This document shows positions 1 to 10,346 of a stretch of 64,000 bases of DNA, piece by piece. This stretch comes from Elusimicrobiota bacterium (GTDB lineage Bacteria > CAYTYR01 > UBA6262): contig PMCA01000027.1 of NCBI GenBank assembly GCA_003153935.1, positions 9,405 to 73,404 on the forward strand, given 5' to 3'. A program made the position numbers and the translations under genes. The notes under the pieces were generated by a model. That model made no database searches and had not been told where the DNA came from. It saw only the letters and a list, made by a program, of their open reading frames with translations. Position 1 is the first letter of the stretch. Every line of letters starts with the position of its first letter.

Positions 1-2459
1 CTTATATCCGGATTGCCCAATTTCCCGCGGGCTTCCAGCGTAGCGTCGGTGAACCCCTGGGCCTGGGAAAGGACCGGGAAAAAGTTCCGCAAAAAATCAA
101 TCGGCAATTTTTCTAGCTGTACCTTCAGGTCCAGTTGGCTTTGCCAGATGTCCGGCAGTGGCTTGGTCATATCCAATGGATAGTACAAACTGCCGTTGAC
201 CACGAAGGCTTCTTGTGGCGCGCAATTGGCTTGGCCCTGCAACTTCCACCAGCCATCGGCCAATTCCAAGTTCAGTTCATAGGTAGTGAAACATACCGGT
301 TTCAGCTCTAACCCGGCGGTTTCTATCCTGGCTTTCAGTTGCGGGTTGGCCGCCGTACCGGTAATGGAGATAAAACTGTTAAGCGTACCGTTCAGCTGGT
401 CCTCTGCGAAAAAGGACTGGTTAAAAGCATTCAGTTGTATGTTTTCCAGGCTAAAATTAAAATCCAACGGTCCCTGCCAATCCAGCGTCCCTTTGGCTCT
501 TAACAATTGCCCCCGGTTACCCAATACCAAATCGGATACGGCCAATAACCTGGGACCGGTCTTTACGGTAAATTCTTTGGCATTGGTCCAGATCTGGTCC
601 AAGTACTGCAGCTTCAACAGGTCAATGGTTGTGAGTACCGGGCTGGAACGGAAATCGGTATTGCCGCTGAGCTCGATATTCTGATCGGCATTAGCCGTCA
701 GGCTTAATTCGTAACTTAGTTTCTTGTCCTGGTAAGACCCGTGCCAGCCTAATTTCGAAAGATAATATTGCTTGTATTTTAAATGGGTACCGTTCAAGTA
801 CCAATCGGCTTGGGGATTGGCGGTTTCACCGGTAATGTTACCTTCCAGGCTGAGCTGTCCGGTCATTTTATAATCCGGGAATACATTCCTTAGCAGACTG
901 AGGTCCTGGACCTTGATCCAAGTGTGCAGGTCGGTCTGTCCCTTAAAATCGACCACGCCCTTTATATCCGCTTGCGCCAGGTCACTTAATAGATCCATGT
1001 TTTCCAGATCAAGTTTTTGTCCCAACCACTTAGCTTTCAGGTCCAGCTTGCTGATTTTTATTTTGGAAAAATTACTGGGCAGCAGTGTCAAGTGCATGCT
1101 CACATTGGCCTTTTTCCAATCCGCACCTTGTAAATTACCAAAGGTCAGCGCCAGTTCCCCGTTTAAATTACTGCCTAAATAAATATTTTTCATGATCGAT
1201 TTAACGTTAAACTGGTCAAAGGCAACAGTAAAATTACCGGCTTCCGGTACCCAACTGTCGCTCAGGGGCCCTAACCGGCTCTTTACGGTGAAATGGCCAA
1301 AATTAGTATTGATCAGATTGCCTGCCAGGGTGATCAATCCCTCAGCGTAATGTAAGTTCAGCTGGGACGGGAATATCTGGTACGGTCCGAAATATGAATC
1401 CTCGCCTAAAACCTCAAAATCCCCGCTATGCGCTAGTTCCAGGTTATGTTCGCCGGCACCGTTGATCTTGAAATTAAGATCGGTTTCACCCAGATCATTG
1501 AGAGCGAAGTCCGGCAGGTTTAAATGCTTGATCTCGCCATTGAGGGAGTAACGATAATTCTTCAGGTCAGTCAGGTTCATCCAGCCATGCCAATTAGTTT
1601 CTGTTTGCCCGCAATTTAGTTTCAGGGCGCAATTCAACCGGGATAATTTACCGGCGGCGGCCAAATCTATTTTTAGCGGTTTGATCCTGGCGCTCCGTTC
1701 GGCCAATCCCAGATCGGCCAAAACCAGGGGTTTGGTTATAAGTTTAAAGTAGACCTGGGGAGAGAGAAAATCCCGCAAATAACCATCGAGATATATATTT
1801 GAACGCGGTAGTTTCACCTTGAACCCCGAGAGACGCAAGTCCTGGGGCGTGTAAACTATCCCACCGCTGGCTTTGAGCACTGAAACCAGCGGCTGGGCGC
1901 AGATAAAACTTAAGTTGCTTACATCTAATTTGGCGATAGAATTATGGACATCATAATATAAACCGGCTTTAAGATCAATATTCTCCATTAATATTTGCTT
2001 GTTATCCGATCGTTCCAGCCTTAATTCGCTAGACGCCACCGTGATATTACTGATATCGATAAATTTAAGGAACGAACTGGATGCTTCCGTCTTCTCGGCC
2101 TTTAGCGGAACCGGCGGTGCTGGCAAGGCCGCGGCCACTTTTATCTTCAGGTCACTGCTTTCCAGTTCATCAATATTAACGTAACCCCACAGTAAGAGAT
2201 AGGGATGGTATTTAAAACTGATCCGGCGGCAAGCCAGATAAAAATCAGCCGTTTTAATTTCCACGTTTTCCAGGATAACCTGACGGCTAAAGCCCCCCTT
2301 AATATTGCCGATCTTTATGATGCTTTGCGTACTGGCGGAAATCCGCCGCAAAATATAATTTCTCACACCCCTCTGTATGGCTGGGATAGACAGCACCAGA
2401 GTCCCCAGCACCAGCAAGGCTATCACAGCTATAATTAATTTTTTTAGAAACTTGCGCAT
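1..2459 (-). CDS. tamB: TamB/AsmA-like translocation and assembly module protein (5' part; runs off window start)
   Basis: Not in the ORF track because no stop lies in the window. ATG at 2459 gives MRKFLKKLIIAVIALLVLGTLVLSIP (N-terminal anchor); the same frame reads ...EARGKLGNPDI at the window edge, with TamB-like G-x-x-x-x-P repeats (ITGETANP, ITGTAANP). Starts 7 nt after the tamA stop. Confidence 0.75.
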   Translation of the reverse strand, partial: MRKFLKKLIIAVIALLVLGTLVLSIPAIQRGVRNYILRRISASTQSIIKIGNIKGGFSRQVILENVEIKTADFYLACRRISFKYHPYLLLWGYVNIDELESSDLKIKVAAALPAPPVPLKAEKTEASSSFLKFIDISNITVASSELRLERSDNKQILMENIDLKAGLYYDVHNSIAKLDVSNLSFICAQPLVSVLKASGGIVYTPQDLRLSGFKVKLPRSNIYLDGYLRDFLSPQVYFKLITKPLVLADLGLAERSARIKPLKIDLAAAGKLSRLNCALKLNCGQTETNWHGWMNLTDLKNYRYSLNGEIKHLNLPDFALNDLGETDLNFKINGAGEHNLELAHSGDFEVLGEDSYFGPYQIFPSQLNLHYAEGLITLAGNLINTNFGHFTVKSRLGPLSDSWVPEAGNFTVAFDQFNVKSIMKNIYLGSNLNGELALTFGNLQGADWKKANVSMHLTLLPSNFSKIKISKLDLKAKWLGQKLDLENMDLLSDLAQADIKGVVDFKGQTDLHTWIKVQDLSLLRNVFPDYKMTGQLSLEGNITGETANPQADWYLNGTHLKYKQYYLSKLGWHGSYQDKKLSYELSLTANADQNIELSGNTDFRSSPVLTTIDLLKLQYLDQIWTNAKEFTVKTGPRLLAVSDLVLGNRGQLLRAKGTLDWQGPLDFNFSLENIQLNAFNQSFFAEDQLNGTLNSFISITGTAANPQLKARIETAGLELKPVCFTTYELNLELADGWWKLQGQANCAPQEAFVVNGSLYYPLDMTKPLPDIWQSQLDLKVQLEKLPIDFLRNFFPVLSQAQGFTDATLEARGKLGNPDI

Positions 2460-2466
2460 AAAAGCC

Positions 2467-4278
2467 TCAGAAAGCTTGTCCGATGTTAACGTATATTTTA
2501 TACCGGCTGGTGCCCTGATAAGGTTTAAGCTTGTAACCGTAGTCCAGCCGTATAGGCCCGATGGGGGTATTATAGCGCAACCCCAACCCGGCGGTGGTCA
2601 GTAGCCCGTTTATAGTGTATTGCTTAGTATCAGCATAAACCTCTCCGTAGTCATAGAACAGGACTGCACCAAAATCCCGGTAAAGCGGGAACCTCATCTC
2701 CAGGTTACCTTCCCACTGCGAATTACCGCCCATCGGATTGTCGCTGGCGTCATGCGGACCCAGTTCCTGATAGGAATAACCCCGGACGCTGTAACTGCCG
2801 CCTGAGAAAAATCTCTTAAAGATCGGGAGGCTAGGACTATCGAAGATCGTCCGCGCGTAACCGAACTGGTTACGCCAGGCCAGGACCAGGTAGTCATTGA
2901 CCGGATAGAAATATTTATATTCCCAGATACCCCTCAGGAAACTAACCGAGGAACCTAAGTATTTGGGAGTGAATTCCCAGGTGAAGGAATCGATCTGTCC
3001 TTGTTTAGGATTAAAAATATCTTCCGTGGTCTTGTGCTGGAATCCGGTATTGAAGGAACTGAGGATATACCTGTGGGCGAACCCGGTATCCACATTATAA
3101 GATACAGCCGGATCGGTGATGAAGATTAAGTCCCTTTCCACCTGATAACCGAAGAAAACATTCAGCTTGGGAGTCAGGCTTCTTAAAATACGGGACAGCC
3201 CGGTCACCTTCTCCTGACGGTAGTAGTTATAGAAATCTTTTTCATAACCGACGCTGGTGATCAGGCTGGTAAACCGGTCGCTGAAATAAGGCTGGGTAAA
3301 ATTGACCGTTAATAAATGCTGCATAACCGCCAGTTTGCCGTTTATTTCCAGGTTGCCCCCCAGGCGGCCAAAATTCAGCAGTTTCCAAAAAGCCTGTATG
3401 CGTTCCCGGTCCTCGGCACCGTAGCCGGGCCCGATCTTCAAGTTGTAGAAGGGCCTTTCCTCTACCTGGAGGTTAATATCCAGGATCGACGGATCGTCCG
3501 GACGCGGCACCGGCTGCAGCGAGACCGATTTAAAAAATCCCAGGTCAAATATCCGGCGTTGGCTCTCGTTCAGTTTGCTGGCGTTAAAGATCTCTTTCCC
3601 GTTAAAGGTCAATTCGCGGGTGATCAGGCCCTCGCGCACATTGCGGGTGCCGGTGACCTTGATCAGGCCGAACTTTTGCATAGGTCCGCTTTGCAGGGTA
3701 TATTCCACTTTAGCTGAGCGCTGGACCCGGTCCATTAGCACCCGGCCGGTGAGCGAGGCCTCATAATAGCCATGGTCCGCCAGTATGGCCAGGATAACCT
3801 TCTTGGAATCATCGTAATTTTTATAAGAAAATATCCCGTTCTCATTGATCTTAAGGTTCTTATAGAGCAGTTTCTTAACTTCCGGGCTTATGCCGCCATC
3901 GTTCAGGATATCTATTTTACTGATCTTGAAATAATAACCCTCTTGGATATTCAAGCTGATATTCATTTTCTTCTTGGGCAGGAGTTTAAAAGTCGGGGTG
4001 ATCAAAGTGTCGTAAAACCCGCTATCTTCATAAAATATCACGATCCGGTCCAGATCGCTTTGGAGTACCTCGGCGTCAAAATAGCTGTTCTTGGCCCACA
4101 GCTTTCTTTCCTTCAGCTTCATTTGCGCTTTGATCTCAAAGGGCAGGAATTTCTTGACCCCTTCCAGATAGATCTGGTTTACCTGCAGATCTTTCGCGGC
4201 CGGCGCCTCATCCAGGGTCTGCGCCCGCAAGATCCCGGCGCTTAAGCATAAAATTAGTATGACCAACAATTTCTTCAT
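2467..4278 (-). CDS. tamA: Omp85-family outer membrane protein, TamA-like (about 3 POTRA domains + beta-barrel)
   Basis: Signal peptide MKKLLVILILCLSAGILRA, RFFSGGSYSVRGY loop-6 motif, GPIRLDYG, C-terminal IGQAF; upstream of a tamB. Start moved from 4323 to ATG 4278 (SD AAGGGA; 4297-4327 is a terminator). Confidence 0.85.
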   Translation of the reverse strand: MKKLLVILILCLSAGILRAQTLDEAPAAKDLQVNQIYLEGVKKFLPFEIKAQMKLKERKLWAKNSYFDAEVLQSDLDRIVIFYEDSGFYDTLITPTFKLLPKKKMNISLNIQEGYYFKISKIDILNDGGISPEVKKLLYKNLKINENGIFSYKNYDDSKKVILAILADHGYYEASLTGRVLMDRVQRSAKVEYTLQSGPMQKFGLIKVTGTRNVREGLITRELTFNGKEIFNASKLNESQRRIFDLGFFKSVSLQPVPRPDDPSILDINLQVEERPFYNLKIGPGYGAEDRERIQAFWKLLNFGRLGGNLEINGKLAVMQHLLTVNFTQPYFSDRFTSLITSVGYEKDFYNYYRQEKVTGLSRILRSLTPKLNVFFGYQVERDLIFITDPAVSYNVDTGFAHRYILSSFNTGFQHKTTEDIFNPKQGQIDSFTWEFTPKYLGSSVSFLRGIWEYKYFYPVNDYLVLAWRNQFGYARTIFDSPSLPIFKRFFSGGSYSVRGYSYQELGPHDASDNPMGGNSQWEGNLEMRFPLYRDFGAVLFYDYGEVYADTKQYTINGLLTTAGLGLRYNTPIGPIRLDYGYKLKPYQGTSRYKIYVNIGQAF

Positions 4279-4288
4279 GATTTCCCTT

Positions 4289-4327
4289 AAAAGGAAAAGG
4301 GTGGTTGTAAAATATACAACCACCCTT
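4289..4327 (-). terminator. Intrinsic terminator downstream of ppdK
   Basis: Perfect 13-bp stem AAGGGTGGTTGTA(4297-4309)/TACAACCACCCTT(4315-4327) followed by a T-rich tail on the minus strand. Confidence 0.8.
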
Positions 4328-4365
4328 AGGTTTAGTGTGACCTCATATCCATAGATCGTCCTCTT

Positions 4366-4411
4366 ATACTTCGGCTTTGCTCAGTATAACCCTGAGCCCG
4401 TCGAACGGGTC
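4366..4411. repeat. REP-like palindromic unit (CTTCGGC-TTT-GCTCAG ... CTGAGC-CC-GTCGAA)
   Basis: Imperfect inverted pair TTCGGC..GCTCAG / CTGAGC..GTCGAA abutting the ppdK stop codon. Confidence 0.5.
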
Positions 4412-7160
4412 ATTTTTTCTTGCTTTTACCTTCAACCACGGCCTGCGCCGCAGCCAGCCTGGCGATCGGGACTCGGAACGGCGAACAACTGACATAGTTC
4501 ATGCCCACCCGGTGACAGAACTTGACGCTTTCGGCGTCCCCACCGTGTTCGCCGCAGATGCCGATCTTCAGGTCTTTCTTGGTCTTGCGGCCGCGGTCGA
4601 TGCCCATCTTGATCAATTCGCCGACGCCTTCCTGGTCAATAGTCTGGAAGGGATCATCCGGCAGGATCTTTTTCTCCAGGTAATCCGGCAGGAATCCACC
4701 CATATCGTCGCGCGAGAAGCCGAAACTCATCTGGGTCAAGTCGTTGGTGCCGAAGGAGAAGAATTGCGCCACTTCCGCTATCTTGCCGCTGACGACGCAG
4801 GCCCTCGGTATCTCGATCATGGTGCCGACCATATGGTCGATCTTCTTCAAGCCGTATTTTTTCAGCACTTCCTGGTAAACTCTGGCAACAATCTCTTTCT
4901 GGTTGACAATTTCCGCTACCAGACTGACCACCGGTATCATGATCTCCGGCATGACTTTCTTGCCAGCCTTCAGTAATTCAGCCGTGGACTCGAATATCGC
5001 CCGAACCTGCATCTCAGTCACTTCCGGATAGGTGATGCCCAGCCTGACGCCGCGGTGGCCCATCATGGGATTGGACTCGCGCAGCACTGAGGCGCGTTTG
5101 GATAATTCTTCCATACTGATATTAAGGCTGTTAGCCAGTTCCTGTAATTTCTCTGTTTCATGGGGCACGAATTCATGCAGCGGCGGGTCCAGCAACCGGA
5201 TGGTTACCGGTAGCCCTTCCATGGCTGCCAGTGTGGCTTTGATATCATTCTTGACATGGGGGAAGAGTTCGGCTAAAGCCGCCCTTCTTTCGTCCACGGT
5301 CTTGGAAACTATCATCTTGCGCAGCTTGAAGAGAGGCTGTTCGCTGTTCTTACCGTAGAACATGTGCTCCGTACGGAAAAGGCCGATGCCTTCCGCGCCA
5401 AAAGCCCGCGCCCTGGCCGCATCTTCCGGCGTATCCGCGTTGGTCCTCACTTTAAGCTTCCTGACCGCGTCGCACACTTTCAGGAATTCATTGAGCACCG
5501 CGTTCTCTTCCGAAGCATCTACCATCGGCAGCTGTCCTTCATAGACATAACCTTTGGTGCCATTCAAAGTAATCCACTCACCCTCTCTGAGGGTTTTGCC
5601 ATTGACGGTTACAGTCTTGGCATGATGGTCCACTTGCAGAGCTCCGCAGCCGACTATGCAGCATTTGCCCCATCCGCGCGCTACCAGAGCTGCGTGGGAA
5701 GTCATGCCGCCTCTGGCGGTCAGGATAGCCTGGGCCGCTCTCATGCCCTCGACATCTTCCGGATTGGTCTCTTCGCGCACCAGAATAACTTTTTTGCCTT
5801 CCTTATTCCAGTTAACCGCGTCTACGGCATTGAAAACGATCATGCCTTTGGCCCCTCCGGGACCGGCCGGCAATCCTTTGGCTAGCGGAGTGTAGGTCTT
5901 CTCTGCCTTGGGGTCAATGATAGGATGCAATAATTCATCCAGCTGGGCCGCGGTGACTCTGGTAACGGCAATCTCTTTGGTTATCAATTTTTCTTTGACC
6001 ATATCGGCGGCCATTCTTACTGCAGCCGGGCCATTCCTCTTGCCGATGCGGCATTGCAGCATATAAAGCACGCCTTTTTCAATCGTAAACTCAATATCCA
6101 GCATATCATGATAATGTTTCTCCAGTCTTTGCTGAATATCATCGAGTTCCTTATATATACGCGGCATACCCTTGGCCAAAATCACCAGGTCCTTATTATG
6201 CTCGCTCTGGCTGTATTCATTGATCGGCGCCGGGGTGCGGGTTCCCGCGACCACGTCCTCACCCTGGGCATTGACCAGGTATTCGCCGTAGAATTTATTG
6301 GTGCCGTTGCCGGGATCGCGGGTAAAAGCCACGCCGGTCGCGCTGGTATCCCCCATGTTGCCGAAAACCATGGCCTGCACGTTCACTGCGGTGCCCCATT
6401 CATCCGGTATTCTCTCGATGCGGCGGTAACTGATCGCCCTCTTGCCGTTCCAGGACGCGAATACCGCGCCGACGCCGCCCCATAATTGTTTCATCGGGTC
6501 ATCCGGGAAACTGCTTCCCAGTACTTGTTGTATCTTTGCCTTAAATTGGATACAAAGATCTTTAAGGTCATTGGCATCAAGGTCAGTATCGGCCTTAGCG
6601 CCTCTCTGGCGTTTCTTCTCGGCCATCAGCCCTTCCAATTGTTTACGGATGCCCATTTCGCCTTTCGGCTCGATGCCGGCGGCCTTTTCCATCACCACGT
6701 CGGAATACATCATGATCAGGCGACGGTAAGCGTCATAAACGAATCTTTCGTTGCCGTTGGTCTGCTTGATCATACCCGGTATGGTTTTCTCGGTTAAGCC
6801 AACATTGAGTACGGTTTCCATCATGCCCGGCATAGATTTACGGGCGCCCGAACGCACCGAAACCAGGAGAGGATTCTCCTGGTCGCCGAATCTCTTGCCC
6901 ATTATTTTTTCAATTTTGGCCAGGGAAATTTCCACGTCTTTGGCCAGGGTTTTGGGATAGGTGCGCTTATTATCGTAGTAATAGGTGCAGACATCGGTGG
7001 TAATGGTGAATCCCGGCGGTACCGGGAGTTTTAATTTGGGATGGCCGGCCATCTCCGCCAGGTTAGCGCCTTTGCCGCCCAGCAGGTTTTTCATGCTCTC
7101 ATTCCCGTCGGCCTTGCCGCCGCCGAAAAAGTAAACGTACTTCTTGTTCTTTGCTGCCAT
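4410..7160 (-). CDS. ppdK: Pyruvate, phosphate dikinase
   Basis: LLGGKGANLAEM, LLVSVRSGA..SMPGMM, phospho-His motif GGMTSHAA, FSFGTNDLTQ, ICGEHGG. Confidence 0.98.
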   Translation of the reverse strand: MAAKNKKYVYFFGGGKADGNESMKNLLGGKGANLAEMAGHPKLKLPVPPGFTITTDVCTYYYDNKRTYPKTLAKDVEISLAKIEKIMGKRFGDQENPLLVSVRSGARKSMPGMMETVLNVGLTEKTIPGMIKQTNGNERFVYDAYRRLIMMYSDVVMEKAAGIEPKGEMGIRKQLEGLMAEKKRQRGAKADTDLDANDLKDLCIQFKAKIQQVLGSSFPDDPMKQLWGGVGAVFASWNGKRAISYRRIERIPDEWGTAVNVQAMVFGNMGDTSATGVAFTRDPGNGTNKFYGEYLVNAQGEDVVAGTRTPAPINEYSQSEHNKDLVILAKGMPRIYKELDDIQQRLEKHYHDMLDIEFTIEKGVLYMLQCRIGKRNGPAAVRMAADMVKEKLITKEIAVTRVTAAQLDELLHPIIDPKAEKTYTPLAKGLPAGPGGAKGMIVFNAVDAVNWNKEGKKVILVREETNPEDVEGMRAAQAILTARGGMTSHAALVARGWGKCCIVGCGALQVDHHAKTVTVNGKTLREGEWITLNGTKGYVYEGQLPMVDASEENAVLNEFLKVCDAVRKLKVRTNADTPEDAARARAFGAEGIGLFRTEHMFYGKNSEQPLFKLRKMIVSKTVDERRAALAELFPHVKNDIKATLAAMEGLPVTIRLLDPPLHEFVPHETEKLQELANSLNISMEELSKRASVLRESNPMMGHRGVRLGITYPEVTEMQVRAIFESTAELLKAGKKVMPEIMIPVVSLVAEIVNQKEIVARVYQEVLKKYGLKKIDHMVGTMIEIPRACVVSGKIAEVAQFFSFGTNDLTQMSFGFSRDDMGGFLPDYLEKKILPDDPFQTIDQEGVGELIKMGIDRGRKTKKDLKIGICGEHGGDAESVKFCHRVGMNYVSCSPFRVPIARLAAAQAVVEGKSKKK

Positions 7161-7200
7161 TTCTTCTTCCTCCTTGATATTTGGGATCTAGCGCAGAGAT

Positions 7201-7230
7201 TAAAAAAGATGCCCCGATTAATATCGGGGT
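7201..7230 (-). terminator. Terminator-like hairpin in the glyS-ppdK intergenic region
   Basis: Minus strand ACCCCGAT-ATTA-ATCGGGGC followed by ATCTTTTTT. Confidence 0.6.
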
Positions 7231-7286
7231 AAAAGCACAGCTTTGCTTAGTCGTGATCTTTTATCCTGCCGCTTTTTATTTTTAAA

Positions 7287-7315
7287 ATACTACCATAATC
7301 CGGGCCAAATGTAAA
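7287..7315 (-). promoter_or_regulatory. sigma70-type promoter upstream of ppdK
   Basis: TTTACA(7315-7310), 17-nt spacer, TAGTAT(7292-7287) with extended TG. Confidence 0.6.
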
Positions 7316-7322
7316 GTGGTTT

Positions 7323-9446
7323 TTAAGCGGTCTTAACCACCAGTTTAGAGATATCGGCGATCCGCAGGAACAACCCGGCGATCTCTTTTAGGAGGGTCAA
7401 GCGGTTATTCATCAGCTCGCGGTCCTCCACCATGACCATTACCTTTTCAAAAAACCGGTCAATGGCGGCGCGCAGGCTCACCAGCTCTTTCAGGGCCTGT
7501 TCATATTGCCCCTCAGCCAGGGCTTTCTCTACTTCCCCTTTGATCTGGGTGAATTTCTGGTATAGCTGCTGCTCGGCCTCATCAACCAGCTTGGCTTCAT
7601 TGAGGAAATTGCCCTCGGTCAGCAGCTTTTTATCCCGCGCCTGCCTCAGGATATTGTTAGCCCTCTTGAAACCCGCAGCAATGGGCTCAAAATCCGGCAG
7701 GTGACGCAGCGCGTGGACTGCCTGGGTCCGCTGCAGGGTATTATATACTTCGCTGTAACCTACATCCAGGACCGCAGCGATCTCATCATAAGACAGCTGA
7801 TAAGGTTCCTGTCCCAGTATATATTCCAGTCGTTCCCGGAAGAATTTCCAGGCCTTGTTCAATAATTCTCCGGTGTCGTTGATCGTGATGCCGGTTTCCC
7901 GCAGGATGCGGATTTCCTTTTCGATCAGCTCGAATAGCGAAAAATTCCATTTCTGGTCCAGGAGTATCCGTATAATGCCCTGGGCCTGGCGCCGCAGCGC
8001 GTAGGGATCGGCGCTGGAAGTCGGTATCAGCCCGATGGCAAAATCGCTGACTATGGTATCAAGTTTGTCCGCGACGCTGACAATGCCGCCAGTCACGGTC
8101 CGGGGTAAAAGGCCGGTCGCCGATAAAGGCAGGTAATGCTCATAGATCCCGCTGCTGACCTCTTCTTTTTCCTGGTACAGTTTGGCGTATTCCCGCCCTA
8201 CTATGCCCTGCAGTTCGGGGAATTCCTTGACCATTTCCGAGACCAGGTCCGCTTTACATAATAATGCGGTGCGCCGCACTTCCGCCAGGTTATAGCAGGT
8301 AAAAGGCAACTGGGCGCAGATATATTCGCTCAGTTTTATCACCCGTTCGGTCTTATTGTATAAACTGCCCAGTTTTTCCTGGAAAGTGACTCCCTTGAGT
8401 TTCTCCACGTTCTCTTCCAGATGGGCCTGGGTATCGACTTTATAAAAAAATTCCGCGTCTTCCAGCCGGGCAGCCAGGACCCGCTCATAACCGGCCCGCA
8501 CCACCGCGTTGGCTTTAGGATCGCCATTGGAGACGCCGATGAAATAAGGCGCCAGTTTCCCCTTACCGGTCACCAGCGAGAAATATTTCTGGTGGTGCCG
8601 CATGCAGGTGATCAGGACCTCTACCGGCAGGTTGAGATATTTAACGTCGAAAGTGCCCATGACCGCAGTAGGATATTCGGTCAGGTTGGTTACGGTGTCC
8701 AACAGGTCGTAATTCGCCAGGTCCGTCTCCACCTGGCCCTTGTTTTTCGCCAGTTTTTCCATCTGGCCCTCGATGATCTTCTTTCTCTCTTCCTGGCTGA
8801 CTATGACTTTAGCGCGAGCTAAAGTTTTAACGTATCCGGGAATGCTTGTGATGACGATCTCTTTATTGTTGGCCAGGATCAGGTGCCCGCGGCTCTTATT
8901 GCCGGCGGTTATGGAGCCCACTTTGATCTTCAAGGTCTGGTTACCCCATAATGCCACCAGGTATCGCAGGGGCCGGGCAAAACGCAGGTTATCCGCCTGC
9001 CAACGCATGGTTTTGGGGAAATACAGCTTCTGGATCATGGACGGCATTTCCTGCAATAGGATATCTTTGGTAGGCCGGCCTTTTTTGGTTTGGGAGAAAC
9101 ATAGATATTCTCCTTTTTCCGTCTTTTTCAATTTCAACTGCTGAGGTTTAATATTTTGTTTTTTAGCAAAGCCGATAGCCGCCTGGGTTAAATTGTCATG
9201 AGCGTCGTAGGCCACGCTTTTCGGCGGCCCAGTGACCTCATTATGCTGGTCCGGTTGCTTTTCGGCTATGCCCGTGGCGATCAACGTCAACCGCCGTGGC
9301 GTGCCCAGTACCGTAATTTTACCGCAGGGAATATTTTCCGCAATTAACAGGGCGGAGAAATCCTTATTAAGCTGGTGCAAGGCGGCATTCAAGTACCCCG
9401 CCGGTATTTCTTCCGTTCCGATCTCCAGTAAAAAATCTTTGGCCAT
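7323..9446 (-). CDS. glyS: Glycine--tRNA ligase beta subunit
   Basis: LLEIGTEEIP, TPRRL, FPKTMRW, EFPELQG, SADPYALRR; follows glyQ. Confidence 0.97.
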   Translation of the reverse strand: MAKDFLLEIGTEEIPAGYLNAALHQLNKDFSALLIAENIPCGKITVLGTPRRLTLIATGIAEKQPDQHNEVTGPPKSVAYDAHDNLTQAAIGFAKKQNIKPQQLKLKKTEKGEYLCFSQTKKGRPTKDILLQEMPSMIQKLYFPKTMRWQADNLRFARPLRYLVALWGNQTLKIKVGSITAGNKSRGHLILANNKEIVITSIPGYVKTLARAKVIVSQEERKKIIEGQMEKLAKNKGQVETDLANYDLLDTVTNLTEYPTAVMGTFDVKYLNLPVEVLITCMRHHQKYFSLVTGKGKLAPYFIGVSNGDPKANAVVRAGYERVLAARLEDAEFFYKVDTQAHLEENVEKLKGVTFQEKLGSLYNKTERVIKLSEYICAQLPFTCYNLAEVRRTALLCKADLVSEMVKEFPELQGIVGREYAKLYQEKEEVSSGIYEHYLPLSATGLLPRTVTGGIVSVADKLDTIVSDFAIGLIPTSSADPYALRRQAQGIIRILLDQKWNFSLFELIEKEIRILRETGITINDTGELLNKAWKFFRERLEYILGQEPYQLSYDEIAAVLDVGYSEVYNTLQRTQAVHALRHLPDFEPIAAGFKRANNILRQARDKKLLTEGNFLNEAKLVDEAEQQLYQKFTQIKGEVEKALAEGQYEQALKELVSLRAAIDRFFEKVMVMVEDRELMNNRLTLLKEIAGLFLRIADISKLVVKTA

Positions 9447-10325
9447 TTATTTCTTCCCTTTCTTCAGTAAAGGATGTCCCAGGTCCTGCCGCAGTTTAAG
9501 GTATTCATCGGCGCAGCCGCGAGCCAGGTTCCTTACCCGGCCGATATAATTGGTCCGTTCCGAAACGCTGATCGCCCCGCGGGCTTCCAGCAGGTTAAAA
9601 GTGTGCGAGCATTTGATAACGTAATCATAGGCCGGCAGGACCAGCCCCTTTTCCACCAGCCGCAGGCACTCCCTCTCATACTGCTCGAATAGCCGGGCCA
9701 GCATTTTCACGTCGGCTTCCTCAAAATTATATTTAGAATACTGGATCTCGTTCTGATGGTATATTTCGCCATAGGTCACGCCGTTGGCCCATTCCACTTC
9801 ATAGACGTTTTTCTTTTTCTGGATATACGCCGCCAGCCGTTCCAGGCCGTAGGTCAGCTCCGCGGTTATCGGGTTTAGTTCTATGCCGCCGACTTGCTGG
9901 AAATAGGTGAACTGGGTTATCTCCATACCGTCCAGCCACACTTCCCAGCCGAGACCGCTGGCCCCCAGGGTCGGAGACTCCCAGTCATCTTCCACGAACC
10001 GGATATCGTGCTGCTGGGGAATAATGCCCACCGCTTTCAGGCTGCCCAGGTACAACTCCTGGATCTTCTCCGGGCTGGGCTTAATGATCACCTGGAACTG
10101 GAAATAATGCTGCATCCGGTTCGGGTTCTCGCCGTAGCGGCCATCCGTCGGCCGGCGGCAGGGTTCCACGTAACAGACCGCCCATGGTTCGGGGCCCAGC
10201 GCCCGCAGGAAAGTGGCCGGGTTGAACGTACCGGCGCCTACCTCCAGGCCGTAAGGTTGCACCAGCAGACAACCTTTATCCATCCAGTATTTTTGCAAAG
10301 TTGTAATGATCTCCTGAAAATTCAT
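9447..10325 (-). CDS. glyQ: Glycine--tRNA ligase alpha subunit
   Basis: [48 protein letters not shown]. Confidence 0.98.
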   Translation of the reverse strand: MNFQEIITTLQKYWMDKGCLLVQPYGLEVGAGTFNPATFLRALGPEPWAVCYVEPCRRPTDGRYGENPNRMQHYFQFQVIIKPSPEKIQELYLGSLKAVGIIPQQHDIRFVEDDWESPTLGASGLGWEVWLDGMEITQFTYFQQVGGIELNPITAELTYGLERLAAYIQKKKNVYEVEWANGVTYGEIYHQNEIQYSKYNFEEADVKMLARLFEQYERECLRLVEKGLVLPAYDYVIKCSHTFNLLEARGAISVSERTNYIGRVRNLARGCADEYLKLRQDLGHPLLKKGKK

Positions 10326-10346
10326 TTACGCTCCTTGATTTTTCTC

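Noticed and set aside
4279..4323. GTG start at 4323 for tamA
   Set aside because: It lies in the terminator hairpin; ATG 4278 has an SD and begins the signal peptide.
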